64,000 bases of DNA, from NCBI RefSeq assembly GCF_009914755.1, contig NC_060929.1; one strand, 5' to 3'. The stretch is from the human T2T-CHM13v2.0 reference genome, Homo sapiens. The position numbers and the translations under genes are program-made. Under the pieces are notes generated by a model that ran no database searches, was not told the origin of the DNA, and saw only the letters and a list, made by a program, of their open reading frames with translations. Of this stretch, positions 13,811 through 32,300 are shown piece after piece (positions within the stretch are counted from its first letter, which is position 1; each line of letters begins with the position of its first letter).

Positions 13811-15404
13811 TGATGCCATGTAGAAGACCTTGCTGAGCATTCATTTATAAGTTAAGTGTCTTGTATGCACAGGCACACACACATGCACAATATAGTATAT
13901 TAGCTAGAGTCCACAAGTAAAAAGTATTTCGATACGTGCCAGGCCCTGTACCAAATGCTAAAGACACAATAATGAACAAGACAGATCCAGCACTACTCCT
14001 AGTGAGCTCACAGGATAGAGGAGGGGACAAATGTTTAGCAATCACACAAATGTGGTTACAGTTGTGAATAAGTGTGATTTTACTGTGTTATCAGACGGAA
14101 ATCATGGTGCTATGGAACTGGCTAGTGGAAGGTAAATGGAACACCAGTGTGTGTTCCATAAAATTTACTTCTCATGCCCCCTGCAATATCAGAGATGTGC
14201 AAAATTTGTTGAACAACAGTATCTGGTGCCTGAGTGATAGAACTTAGGACAAATCAACACTAGCCTTTCTCCTGGAGACCCTTGGCTTGGCATGACAGTA
14301 GAGAATCTGCTGACCTGCAAGGTTTCCAATTAGCTACCAGAAAATAGAGACATTGAGAGGAGAGAGGAAGAGAACTAAGGGAGAGACAAGAAGAGCTTTG
14401 CTCCCTTTGTAAGGAAGCAGTCTTGGTGAGAAACCTGATAGCCCAGTCCTAGCCACTGGGGGTATGTCAGGTTCACCAACAGGAGCGTATGTCTTGGAGA
14501 CCCCAATAGTAACAGTAACAACAATAATGACATTTGCTACCACTTCTTGGTCCTCAAGCTTTAAATACATTATTGCATTTTAATGCTCAAACTTCTAAGG
14601 AAGGTACTATCACTCTTCTCATTTGTAGATAAGGAGACAGACCAGGAGGAAAGGTTCAGTAAGTCACCAGGATCATGCAGCTAGGCAGTGGTAGAGATGG
14701 GCTCTTGACTCTGCCCATCTGTCACACCACCTCCACAACAGGGCCTTGCCTTGCTTTGTCAATATTGTTTCCCTGTTCAAACAAGTCAAACCAGGATTCC
14801 TCACATTCTAGATATACCTTGTATAGTCCCACTTTGGTGCCTCTGTTGCTCCTCACCTCTTCCTGTGCCCATCCAGGTACACTGGAAAGAACATCAGACT
14901 CAGGGATGCTGGGCTGGAATCCAGGCTGGGCACAAGTCCAGGCTGGCTTTTGATAATACCTATCATCTACTGAGCTTTTGTGCTGTGTGCTCTACATGTA
15001 TTAACTCACTCACTATTCATAGGTTTTAGTACTTTTCCACAAATTAGTCTAATCAGTCAACTCAGGTACAACTCACAGCTAGTAGGAACAGAGGCAGAAT
15101 TTGAACTCAGTATACTTCCAGCTTATGTTCTTAACCTCTGTCCTACTCTCTCTCATCTGTGTGGCTTTCAGCAACTGTCAACTCTCTGACCCTGTTTCCT
15201 TCTCTGTAATATGAAGGAGTAAGTGTTGCCTACCAGGTCCCTCCCAGCTGTTGGATTCTAAAATCTATGAAATTCCACTGGCTTTTCCATTTCCCTTTCC
15301 TAATCCCCACTACTCTAGGTAGCCTTTCCAAAGTGACTTCAGCAAAATGTTCAACCTGTGATATGTCAGGCATTCCAGATTCCAAAGTCAAATAAGCTTG
15401 GGAA

Positions 15405-15600
15405 ACCTCGACAATTTTGGGAGTTGACAACGCAATTACCCTATTGTTGGGGCATTATAGAATGTTCAGCAACATATCTGGCCTCTACTCACTAGATCTG
15501 CCCTGCTGACTCCATCTGCCCACATGTGGCAACCAAAATGTCTCTAGATATTGCCAAATGTTCCCCAGGGGGCATGACTGCCCCTGGTTGAGAATCACTG
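15405..15600 (-). mobile_element. MER20 hAT element
   Basis: ggcctctactcactagat...attgccaaatg...ggttgagaatcactg. Confidence 0.72.
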
Positions 15601-16845
15601 CTTTAATCCTACTTCAGAGTATTATTTGATCATACCTTTCTCCCCACTCCATTTTATTTTTATTTGGCAAATCATTTGCAGCTCAGTGTTTTTCTAGTAC
15701 AGGCTTCCTCAGAATACACTTTGGGTTATATTGCTATAGTCAAAACAACTGAATACTGCCTTTAAAATTCCATAGGCTATCTTATGTGCCTTGTGTAGAC
15801 GTGTTTTCTGTTATAACATGTACAGATATGAATAGATCTCCATGGAGCTGTAAGTATCTTGTGGGAGCCCCCTGAAAGGGCTCAGATGACTGGGTAAATA
15901 AATAAGGTTCCAGAATCTGGGGAAAATCTTGAATTCAGTTATTCAAGAATTCAAAAATAAGAGAAAGAATTAAGAAGAAGACTGCCAACTTTAGAGAAAC
16001 CTAAAGTGAAACAGCATTCATTACAACTGGAGCAAGGGCAGAAAGGAGGCATGCAGTGAGCTGGTTGTGGACTCTGGGGATAGGAGAAGAGAGAGATTAG
16101 GTAACCACAGGTGCAGGCTGTTGCTGGGTGTGGCTCCTTTCTCTTGACCTTACACTGGACCTTCATTAATTTCACAGGAACTCATGCCCATGTAGAGGGG
16201 TTAGGAGGGGCCCAAGACCACTAACAGCTGATCCTGAAGGCCTGTTCACTCTGTCTTAGATGGTGTGGTGACTAACAGTATAGGTGGTTCCAAACACAGT
16301 GGCCTGGGTTGAAACTCCAGCTTTGCTGCTTATAAATGATGGAGCTTTGAACAAGCAGCTTGACTCCTTCCAAGCTTCATTTAATGGAGATAATAGTAGT
16401 ACCTATGTTCTAGGGCGGTTGTGAGAATAGACGAGATCTTGCTTGTGAATCACTTAGCAAAGCGTCTGTACCCAAAACAATAGGGAAGGCAGCAGTAATG
16501 CAGAAGTAGGCATTGCTTAAGGCAAGCTTGGTGTGCAATGAGTCCAAAAGCCTAGTGTTTTTCCGTTTGAGGCAGATCTTAAGAACCAGTTGTGGTACTG
16601 ATTTCTGGGTTTTCTGTCTGGGCTGCGACACAGACACATACTAGCTTGTTTCTGAACTATCCCTTGAAATACACCTCCTTGGTCCAAGTGTCTCTCATTT
16701 CAATGTCACCCCCACCCTGGCTGTGATGACGCGGGCAGATGAGAGTGAGTGTACAGGAAACAAGCCAGTGGGACATGAGGGTCCGCTCACGATGAAAAAG
16801 GAACGGGCTCGGAATCATGCGCAGGGCTTTAAATTGCTCACTTTT

Positions 16846-17140
16846 GCTGACATTTCTTCTACAGGGAAGCACGGCTGGCACGTTCTTCCGTTTGGAGACA
16901 TGGTTGACAATTTCTCCATAATGGGGACACAACTGGCAATTTTCCTACAGAGTGAGGCAGATGGCAATTTTCCTTCAGAGACATGCAGGCAACAGTTTTG
17001 CCCCTGGAGAGAAAAGCCTCGCCGATTGAGATGCAGCCAGTAATTTTTACTATACAGAAGACACATCCAATAATTTTGCCCAGTGAGAGAAACGGCCAAC
17101 AATTTTCCCACAGAGGGTAAGAACTCCCTCGGACTGACAA
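16846..17140. repeat. Degenerate ~29-bp periodic array (about 9-10 units)
   Basis: Core YRRCAATTTTCC...AGAC recurs at 16848, 16876, 16905, 16934, 16962, 16990, 17038, 17068 and 17097. Confidence 0.65.
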
Positions 17141-17719
17141 TACTGGCCTTTATCCAGCTGAGGACAGTGAGAGAAGAGGTTTAAGATTTAATTAGTGGCT
17201 ACTGTGCTACCAGGGGCCTAATGACATAGTCTCCAGACACAGATTGGAGACTGCAAATTTAGATCGTATTAAGACTCAGATGAAGGATTCTGAATTGGGA
17301 AATAATGAAACCAAGTTGCTTAACCCTTGCAGTTTGCTTTTCATATAGCCCTCCATTAATTCAACAAACAGTTGTTTGACAGTGACACTTTAACAAGACA
17401 AGGCATACAATGCATAGCGTGATGAAGAATGAAAAGTTAATCTAGAAGAAATTATATTGGTCCCTAAGTTTTACATAACTTTTCAAAATAATTCTGCATC
17501 TACTATACTTCTTTTACAACATGTCTTTTAACAACTAATCATTCATTCAAAGTTAAGAAATAATGAATCAAAACCTTTTCTTTTCCCAGACAGGAAAAAC
17601 AGACCAAAAATTCATAGTGGGGAGAAGTGAGGAGCAAATGGGCTGGTATGACCAAGAAAGACTTAATAAGAAGCTGAGCCTTAAATGATCAAGAAGCACT
17701 GGATAGATAAGAGGTTAGT

Positions 17720-18014
17720 ACATATTTTAGACTTTGAGGGCCATCTGGTCTCCATTACAACTGTTTAACTCTGCCTTTGTAGTGTGAAAGCAGCATAGAC
17801 AATATGTAAACAGATGAGCATGTATCCCACATGAAGGCTTTGCATATGGACATTGAAATTTCAATTTTGTATAATTTTTATGTGTCATAAAACACTATTC
17901 TTTTTTGATTTCTTCAACTATTTGAAAATGTAAAAATACTGTTCTTTGCTAGAGTTGTAAAAAAGAAAAGTTGTGAGTCAGACTTGGCTGTATGCCATAG
18001 TTTGCTGAGCCCTG
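17720..18014. mobile_element. MER58B-like hAT element
   Basis: atattttagactttgagggccat...gccatagtttgctgagccctg. Confidence 0.7.
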
Positions 18015-18410
18015 ATAATGGTGTTTGAGGGGTAGGAGGGGGCATCCTATCTAGACAGGGGAATCAGCATGAATAAATGCCTGGGGTGATCAATGCATTT
18101 TTGTGGGACAGTGGGCCCCTAGGACTGGTAGCACCATGAGATCATGTAGAAGGGCTGGAAGATGAGATTTCTGCTTAAACTGCAAATTTCTTTCCTAAAC
18201 TACATCTCTCAGGATGGTACATGGAATGAACTTAGGAGTCAGACATATTGGGGCTAGAACCTGGGCTTCATCATCTCCAGGTTGGATTGTCTTTGTCAGT
18301 TTTCCTTATCTTGTTAAGACGCAACTTATCTTTAAAATGTAGACATCAATATCTTATTTGCCTGGTTATAAAAATGAAAAGAGATAAAAGCAAATAAGAC
18401 ATGTAGCACA

Positions 18411-18690
18411 GGACAGGCATGGTGGCTCACACCTGTAATCCCAGCACTTTGGGAGGCCGAGGCAGGTAGATCACGAAGTCAGGAGCTCGAGACCAACCTG
18501 GCCAATATGGTGAAACCCCATCTCTACTAAAAATACAAAAATTAGCTGGGCATAGTGGCGCATGCCTATAGTCCCAGCTACCTGGGAGAAGAATCGCTTG
18601 AACCCAGGAGGCGGAGGTTGCAGTGAGCCAAGATCATGCCACTGCACTCCAGCCTGGGCCACAGAGTAAGACTCTGTCTCAAAAACAAAC
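18411..18690 (+). mobile_element. AluS (Sg-like)
   Basis: Dimeric Alu; TSD aagacatgtagcaca at 18396-18410 and 18691-18705. Confidence 0.92.
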
Positions 18691-18737
18691 AAGACATGTA
18701 GCACAGTGCCTGGTACACTGTCAGAAGTCACCAAGCC

Positions 18738-19376
18738 CATATCGAACATTTAAAGAAGAACTAATGTCAATTCTACTCCAACTGTTACAAAAAAATAGAG
18801 GAGGGAATACTTCCAAACTCCTTCTATGAGGCCAGTATTACCCTGATACCAAAACCGGACAAAGATATATCAAGAGAACTATAAGCCAATATCCCTGATG
18901 AATATATACAAAAATCCTCAAAAAAATACTAGCAAACCGAATTCAACAATACATTAAAAAGATCATTCATCATGACCAAGTGGAATTTATCCCAGGGATG
19001 CAAGACAGTTCACCATACGAAAATCAATGTGATATGTCATATCAACAGAATGAAGGAGAAAAACCCTCAAAAAACTGGATATAGAAGAAACGTACCTTAA
19101 AATAATAAAAGTCATATATGACAGAGCCACCGCTAGTATCACGCTGAATGGGGAAAAAACTGAAAGCCTTTCCTTTAAGATTTGGAACACGACAAAGATG
19201 CCCACTGTCACCACTGTTGCTCAACATAGTACTGAAAGTCCTAGATAGAGCAATCAGACAAAGGAAGAAAAGGCATCCAAATTGGAAAAGAAAAAGTAAA
19301 ATTATCCTTGTTTGCCAATGATATGATCTTGTATTTGAAAAAACTTAAATATGCCACCAAAAAACTATTAGAACTG
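18738..19376 (+). mobile_element. Old L1 (L1MA1/2-like) ORF2 fragment, left part interrupted by L1HS
   Basis: Degenerate ORF2 ([13 protein letters not shown]...); sequence resumes seamlessly after the L1HS TSD. Confidence 0.85.
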
Positions 19377-19381
19377 GATGT

Positions 19382-20285
19382 GGAGCCAAGATGGCCGAAT
19401 AGGAACAGCTCCGGTCTACAGCTCCCAGCGTGAGCGACGCAGAAGACGGGTGATTTCTGCATTTCCATCTGAGGTACCGGGTTCATCTCACTAGGGAGTG
19501 CCAGACAGTGGGCGCAGGCCAGTGTGTGTGCGCACCGTGCGCGAGCCGAAGCAGGGCGAGGCATTGCCTCACCTGGGAAGCGCAAGGGGTCAGGGAGTTC
19601 CCTTTCCGAGTCAAAGAAAGGGGTGACGGACGCACCTGGAAAATCGGGTCACTCCCACCCGAATATTGCGCTTTTCAGACCGGCTTAAGAAACGGCGCAC
19701 CACGAGACTATATCCCACACCTGGCTCAGAGGGTCCTACGCCCACGGAATCTCGCTGATTGCTAGCACAGCAGTCTGAGATCAAACTGCAAGGCGGCAAC
19801 GAGGCTGGGGGAGGGGCGCCCGCCATTGATTGCCCAGGCTTGCTTAGGTAAACAAAGCAGCCGGGAAGCTCGAACTGGGTGGAGCCCACCACAGCTCAAG
19901 GAGGCCTGCCTGCCTCTGTGGGCTCCACCTCTGGGGGCAGGGCACAGACAAACAAAAAGACAGCAGTAACCTCTGCAGACTTAAGTGTCCCTGTCTGACA
20001 GCTTTGAAGAGAGCAGTGGTTCTCCCAGCACGCAGCTGGAGATCTGAGAACGGGCAGACTGCCTCCTCAAGTGGGTCCCTGACCCCTGACCCCCGAGCAG
20101 CCTAACTGGGAGGCACCCCCCAGCAGGGGCACACTGACACCTCACACGGCAGGGTATTCCAACAGACCTGCAGCTGAGGGTCCTGTCTGTTAGAAGGAAA
20201 ACTAACAACCAGAAAGGACATCTACACCGAAAACCCATCTGTACATCACCATCATCAAAGACCAAAAGTAGATAAAACCACAAAG
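19382..20285 (+). promoter_or_regulatory. L1 5'UTR: CpG-rich internal sense promoter plus antisense promoter; YY1 site intact
   Basis: About 900 bp matching the L1HS 5'UTR; CAAGATGGCCG YY1 motif at 19387-19397; high CpG retention. Confidence 0.88.
19611..19826 (-). CDS. ORF0: L1 ORF0 (71-aa antisense ORF)
   Basis: ATG at 19826-19824; MAGAPPPASLPPCSLISDCCASNQRDSVGVGPSEPGVGYSLVVRRFLSRSEKRNIRVGVTRFSRCVRHPFL is 71 aa and matches primate L1 ORF0. Confidence 0.85.
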   Translation of the reverse strand: MAGAPPPASLPPCSLISDCCASNQRDSVGVGPSEPGVGYSLVVRRFLSRSEKRNIRVGVTRFSRCVRHPFL

Positions 20286-25194
<4,909 letters not shown>

Positions 25195-25450
25195 ACAATG
25201 AGATCACATGGACACAGGAAGGGGAATATCACACTCTGGGGACTGTGGTGGGGTCGGGGGAGGGGGGAGGGATAGCATTGGGAGATATACCTAATGCTAG
25301 ATGACACGTTAGTGGGTGCAGCGCACCAGCATGGCACATGTATACATATGTAACTAACCTGCACAATGTTCACATGTACCCTAAAACTTAGAGTATAATA
25401 AAAAAAAAAATTAAAAAAAAAAAAAAAGAAAAAAAAAACTATTAGAACTG

Positions 25451-27400
25451 AAAACAAATTCAGTAAAACTGCAGGATACAAAATCAAGATACAAAAATGA
25501 TCTCAACAGCAAATAATCTCAAGAAATTAAACCCATTTACAACAGCTACAAATTAAAAACCAAGGATTTAACTTACTTACCCAGAGAAGTAAAAGGTCTC
25601 TACAATGAAAATTAAAAAACACTGATGAAAGAAAAGGAAGGGGACACAAAAAATGGAAAGATATTCCACATTCATGAATTGGAAGAATCAATACTGCTAA
25701 AATGTCCATGCCACCCAAAGCAGTCTACAGATTTAATGGAATCCCTATCAAAATACCAATGACTTTACAGAAATAGAAAAAACAATCCTAAAATTTATAT
25801 GAAACCACAAAAGACCCAGAATAGCCAAGGCTATCTTAAGCAAAAAACAAAACTGGAGGAATCACATTACCTGACTTCAAATTATACTACAGAGTTACAG
25901 TAACCAAAACAGCATGGTACTGGCATAAAAACAGACATATAGATCAATGGAACACAAGAACCCAGAAACAAATCTGTATATCTACAGTGAACTCATTTTC
26001 AACAAAGGTGCCAAGAACATACACTGGGGGAAAAGACAGTCTCTTCAACTATTTGTGCTAGAAAAACTGGATATCCATATGCAAAAGAATGAAACTAGAT
26101 CCCAATCACTCAACATATACAAAAGTCAAATCAAAATGGATTGAAGACTTAAATCTAAGACCTTAGAGCATGAAACTACTACAAGAAAACACTGGGGAAA
26201 GTCTCCAGGACATTGGACTGGGCAAATATTTCTTGAGGGATACCCCGCAAGCACAAGCAACCAAAGCAAAAATGAACAAATGGGATCAAGTTAAAACATT
26301 TCTGCACAGCAAAGGAAACAGTCAACAAAATGAAAACCCATAGGATGAGGGAAAATATTTGCAAACTACCCATCTGACAAGGGATTAATTACCAGAATAT
26401 AGAAGGAGCTCAAACAATTCTATAGGAAAAAAATATCTAATCCATTTAAAAAAATGAGCAAGTGATATGAATAGATATTTATCAAAAGAAGACATACACA
26501 TGGCAGATAGGCATACAAAAAAGAGCTCAACATCACTGATCATTAGAGAACTGCAAATCAAAACTACAATTAGATATCATCTGACCCTAGTTAAAATGGC
26601 TTTCATCTAAAAGGCAATAATGCTGATGAGGATGTGGAGAAAAGGGAACACTTGTACATTGTTGGTGGGAATGAAAATTCGAAAAACCACTATGAATAAC
26701 AGTTTCGAGATTCCTCAAAAAACTAAAAATTGAGCTACTATATGATCCAGCAATCCCACTCCTTAGGTATATACCCCAAACAAAGAAAATCAGTATACTG
26801 AAGAAGTATTTGCGCTCCCGTGTTTGTTGCAGCACTGTTCACAATAGCCAAGATTTGGAAGCAACCTAAGTGTTCACCAACTGATGAATGGATAAAGAAA
26901 ATGTGGTACTTATATACAATGAAGTACTATTCAGCCATGAAAAAGAATGAGATCCTGTCACTTGCAACAACATGGATGGAACTGCAGATCTTTATGTTAA
27001 GTGAAATGAGCCAGGGACAGAAAGACAAACCTTGCATGTTCTCACTTATTTATGGAAGCTAAAAATCAAAACAATTGAGTTCATGGAGATAGAGAGTAGA
27101 AGGATGGTTACCAGAGGTTGGGGGGCAGGGGGAAGTGGGTTAATGGTTAATGGGTACAAAAAAATAGAAAGGATGAATAAGAACTAGTATGTGATAGCAC
27201 AACAGGGTGATTATAGTCAATATTAATTTAATTGCACATTTAAAAATAAAGGAGTATAACCAGATCGTTTGTAACATAAAGAGTACATGCTTGAGGTGAT
27301 GAATATACCGTTTACCCCAATGTGATTATTACTCATTGCATGTGTGAATCAAAATATCTCATGTACCTCATAAATATATACACCTCTGTACCCATAAAAA
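25451..27400 (+). mobile_element. Old L1 (L1MA1/2-like) ORF2 3' part and 3'UTR
   Basis: Decayed ORF2 remnant ([18 protein letters not shown]...) followed by an L1MA-type 3'UTR (gagagtagaaggatggttaccagagg...atatatacacct). Confidence 0.85.
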
Positions 27401-27466
27401 GACGTCAACAAGTTCTAGTGTCACACACCATTTAAACAACAGGTATTGAGTACCCAGTGTGTGTAA

Positions 27467-28417
<951 letters not shown>

Positions 28418-29140
28418 CCTCCTCCGTTTGTCAACAAAGGGAGGGCTCAAAGTTCATGAGTTCCCCCTTCAACTCTGCAAAGCCGCTGTTATTATTTCCC
28501 TGCACCCCAGGGCCAGTTCCCTTTCAGCAGCTGCCCCTATACAGCTGGACAGGGAAGGCAGGCCAGAGCGGGCTGCTTCTGGGCAGAGGCCATGAGAGGC
28601 TCACTGTCCAAGGGAGCTGGTGAACCCCAGCTCAGCCACTCTTTCCTCCCAGCATTCCTGATGCTGGTGCTGTACACCCATAAGCCGACACAGTTCAGAG
28701 AAACCAGAACCCAGCGGCTGCAAAGGCAGAGCAAGCCAAACTCCTCAGAGACATCAGGGCTTAGCAGCAGAACATGAAACGACCGGCAATCCTACCATGT
28801 GCTAAATATTTGAATCTTCCCAAAGCAATGCCACTTTGTGCTCAGACATCTACAGTGACTCTGTGTGGCTGATAGCCAACAGTCCTACCCCCTTGTCCTG
28901 GTTCAGGGGCTCCATATCAAGCCCTAGGTCAGCATTCCAATATTACTCTCTACTTCATTCTGCTGAAATGCTCCATTGAGGTCTGACCCATCTACTACTC
29001 ATTTGCACCAGAGTTGAATAACTCCTACCTCCAGGGTCCAGGCAGGTAGTGAAATAGATGACACATTCATGGGTAGCAATAGGGAACAGTAGGGACTGTG
29101 GCAAACTAGAGTGTCCACACCCTATAAAAGGGGCAGTTTC

Positions 29141-29388
29141 CACCTGAGGTCAGCAGTTCGAAGCCAGCCTGGCCAACAAGGCAAAACCCCGTCTCTACTA
29201 AAAAAAAAAAAAAAAAAAATACAAACATTAGCTGGGTGCAGTGGTGTGTGCCTGTAATCCCAGCTCCTCCAGAGGCTGAGGCAGGAGAATTGCTTGAACC
29301 TGGTAGGCGGAGATTGCACTCCAGCCTGGGTGACAAAGCAAGACTCTCTCAAAAACAAACCCAAAATACAAACAAACAAAACAAAACC
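29141..29388 (+). mobile_element. 5'-truncated AluS
   Basis: Starts at cacctgaggtcag; TSD-like ataaa(a)ggggcaRtttccac on both sides. Confidence 0.87.
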
Positions 29389-32300
29389 ATAAAGGGGCAA
29401 TTTCCACTCTGCTCCGGCTGAATGCAGCCATGCAGAAATGGGGCTCCAGCACAGCCAGACTAATTTGTAAGGCCTAAATTTTTTGAGGAACTCTAATTTT
29501 TTCATGTTAGCAACTAACTAAAGAAACTTGAGCGTGTGATCAAACATACGTCCTCTGTAAGCTATGCAGGCCACACCTGTGACCTGATTAACTCCCTGCA
29601 GTGATGATGGTGATGTCTGTGGTGCACTGGCATGTGCTGGGGCTGGATCCATGCTCCTTCCCTAACCTCTCCCTGCTCCCCTGTTTCTCTGGCTCCTATT
29701 CAACCTTCAGGGCTCACTGTCTTTTTCTAGAAAAACTTCCTGGACAATCTTGGCCCACTGCATCCTTTCTTCCTTACTGGTTAATTTGGCCACCTTCTAA
29801 TCTTCCTCCTATTATTTTTAAATATTATCTGTTCAGGATTCACAATGAGTTAAAAAATTTTAGTTAGGGAATTGGCCCCACAGAAAGGCAACACCAGTGA
29901 CAACAAGAGCACCTGTTACCTGCCGGGCACCATCTAGGGTAAGAATTATCTCTATATTATGGCTGAGGAAACAGAGGCTTGGAGAGATAGGGACCCAAAG
30001 GACCATATGGTCTCTGAGTGAGCCCAGCATTGGAAGGCTCATTATCTGTGGGGTTAGAACTTTCTTACGAAGGAGACTCAGCTGGAATCTGATCTAAAGA
30101 AAGGGGAAGCGAAAACCTGTGTTTGGCTTAGGGTTCGCCTGTCAATCTAAAGACTGAATTTGGGCTAATATGTACAGACAAGTTCATTAATTGTGGGTCT
30201 GTTTGTCTTTCTTTTGTGAGGAATAATCATTTATTAGCCAAGCGGGACTGGTGCCTTTTTGAGAACTGTCATTCTGGAAAGATATTGATTGAAGGAGGCC
30301 TCTGAGCACATTCTCTCCAGCAGGCAGCCGTAAGGGAGGCGGCTGCAGTCCAGACAAGATGATGAGTTGGCAGTGAGCATCTCGACAGGAGCCTAATGAA
30401 GAAATCTGGTAACAGCGAGGGCTGGCTTTATGAGCGCTCATATTTGGTCTTTCACTCTCTGCAAGGTTGGTGAGTGGCAAAAGTGTCCATGGGCCTCTAC
30501 CTCCCACTGTGGAATTACACATTCCTACAGCCAGTGGGCTCCGGGAACCCAATGGCAGCATCCCCAGGCCCCTGGGCCCACTCCACACATCACAGGCTAG
30601 AGACTTCTTGTCTGCCTCCTTTCTCACGTCTCTCCCCCTGAGATAGCATGCTCTCCCCTCCCTCCTTCCCTCTCATAATTTGTTCCCAACAGGTAGCTTT
30701 GTGCAGTTACTCCAAGAGAAGCCCGAACTCCCTGGGGAGCCTCTGCCCAGGTGGAAGAGCTCTCGAGTGGCTATTATTAGGGGTGATTGCTGGGAAGCTG
30801 GTTGCCATGGCACCGCAGAGGCCAGTGCTGAACTCCCAAGCTGCCCCGTTTCCAAGGCTGTCTACATAATCACTGCAATGAGAGGCACAGGCACAGAAAG
30901 GGAGAGAGGAGCAGCTCCCCACTGACAGTGATCTCCCTGCAGAGCAAGGTGAGCAGTTCACAGCTGAGTACGACAGCCCATCTTGGCATGGGCCAAGCAC
31001 TGCCTGGAGGGACCCTGGTGTGAGCTGGTCACTGCTTCACTGTCTTCTCATGGATCAGGCAGTCTGCCTCTGTGTTCCCAGTACTGGTTTTCTACAGGAA
31101 AACACTGCTCCTAATCCACTGATCCATTTCTTAAAGGTTCCTGGAGTTTGCAAACATCGAGTAGTGATAGTCTTCCATCTGCCAGGCACTGCGCTAAACT
31201 CTTTATGGAGACAAAGAAATGATGCTCAGAGAGTCATTTGCCCTTGGTCACAGGCTAAGAAGAGGCAGAGCTAGGACGTAAACCCAACTCTGGCTCTATG
31301 GCATCTCATATAGCATCATTTTTCCTCCAGTCCTCTGACTAGAAAGGGTGGCCCCTTCAACCTGGTGCTGAGAACAGACACTGGCGGCCCCACACCTCTG
31401 AAGGCATGGTTCCAGCAAATAGAAATTGGACTGGCAAGGATTAAACCGCTGGTTTGGGCTTCATTAGCTATGTGATCTCACCAACCACAGAGAATTAACC
31501 AGAGTGGAGCCATCTCTTTACAGACTTAACACAATGTACCGAGGCAATGTGGAGAACAGTCACTGAATTTATTGAGCACCTACTACCTGCTCCAGACATG
31601 CCATTAACACGTGGGCTATCCTTCCCTTCCACAGTCACTCTAGAACTTGAGGCCACTGTCCTCTGATGCAGAGAGAAGAAACATTTTATAATCACTGTAG
31701 ACAATAAAGGCTTTATCTGTTAGCAAGCACTTTTGCTTAATGACTTGGTCATGGGGAAGGAGAGACAGGTTGTACTTGGTCCTCATTTTGCACTTGGTTA
31801 GAGAGTAAGAGGCCTTTCCATCTCCACTGCTGCTCAGGTACTTCCTCCCAGTGTACTCTAGCACTCCCCCAGCAGGTTCTGTAGAAACACAGACCCCAAG
31901 GCCTGGGCAGACTCTACCAGAAAAATACTTGTGTTCCTCTGTGCTCTGCCTAGTACATGGCTTCCCTGGCTACCTCTCCTACAGGCCTGGGGAGGCAAAG
32001 ATGGGAAGTGTTTGTAGGTATTATCTACTGACAACATTCAACTTTAGACCTCGGTTCAAGCCCCCTCTACCTTTGCCTAGATCTTTGACTTTGTGTAAAC
32101 AACATGCTTTTTCTGGGCCCAATTTTCTCATCTGTAACTCCAAGTTTATGAATTGTTTTGATAATAAAATACTAAAAAATATTGAGTGTTTGCTGTGGAC
32201 CAGACATTTCATTGAATCTGCACAACAATCCAGTAATGCATGTGCCATTATTGTCCCCATTTTATAGAGGTGGATACTTAGCTGTACAGAGGGTAAATCC

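Noticed and set aside
16846-17140. CRISPR-like or coding interpretation of the ~29-bp array
   Set aside because: Eukaryotic intron with no identical repeats, no spacers and no cas genes; the period is not a consistent multiple of 3 and the overlapping ORFs resemble no protein family.
19611-19892. 93-aa ORF as a novel protein
   Set aside because: It is L1 ORF0 (ATG at 19826) with a GTG-started extension opened by a 4-bp duplication; there is no evidence the GTG is used.
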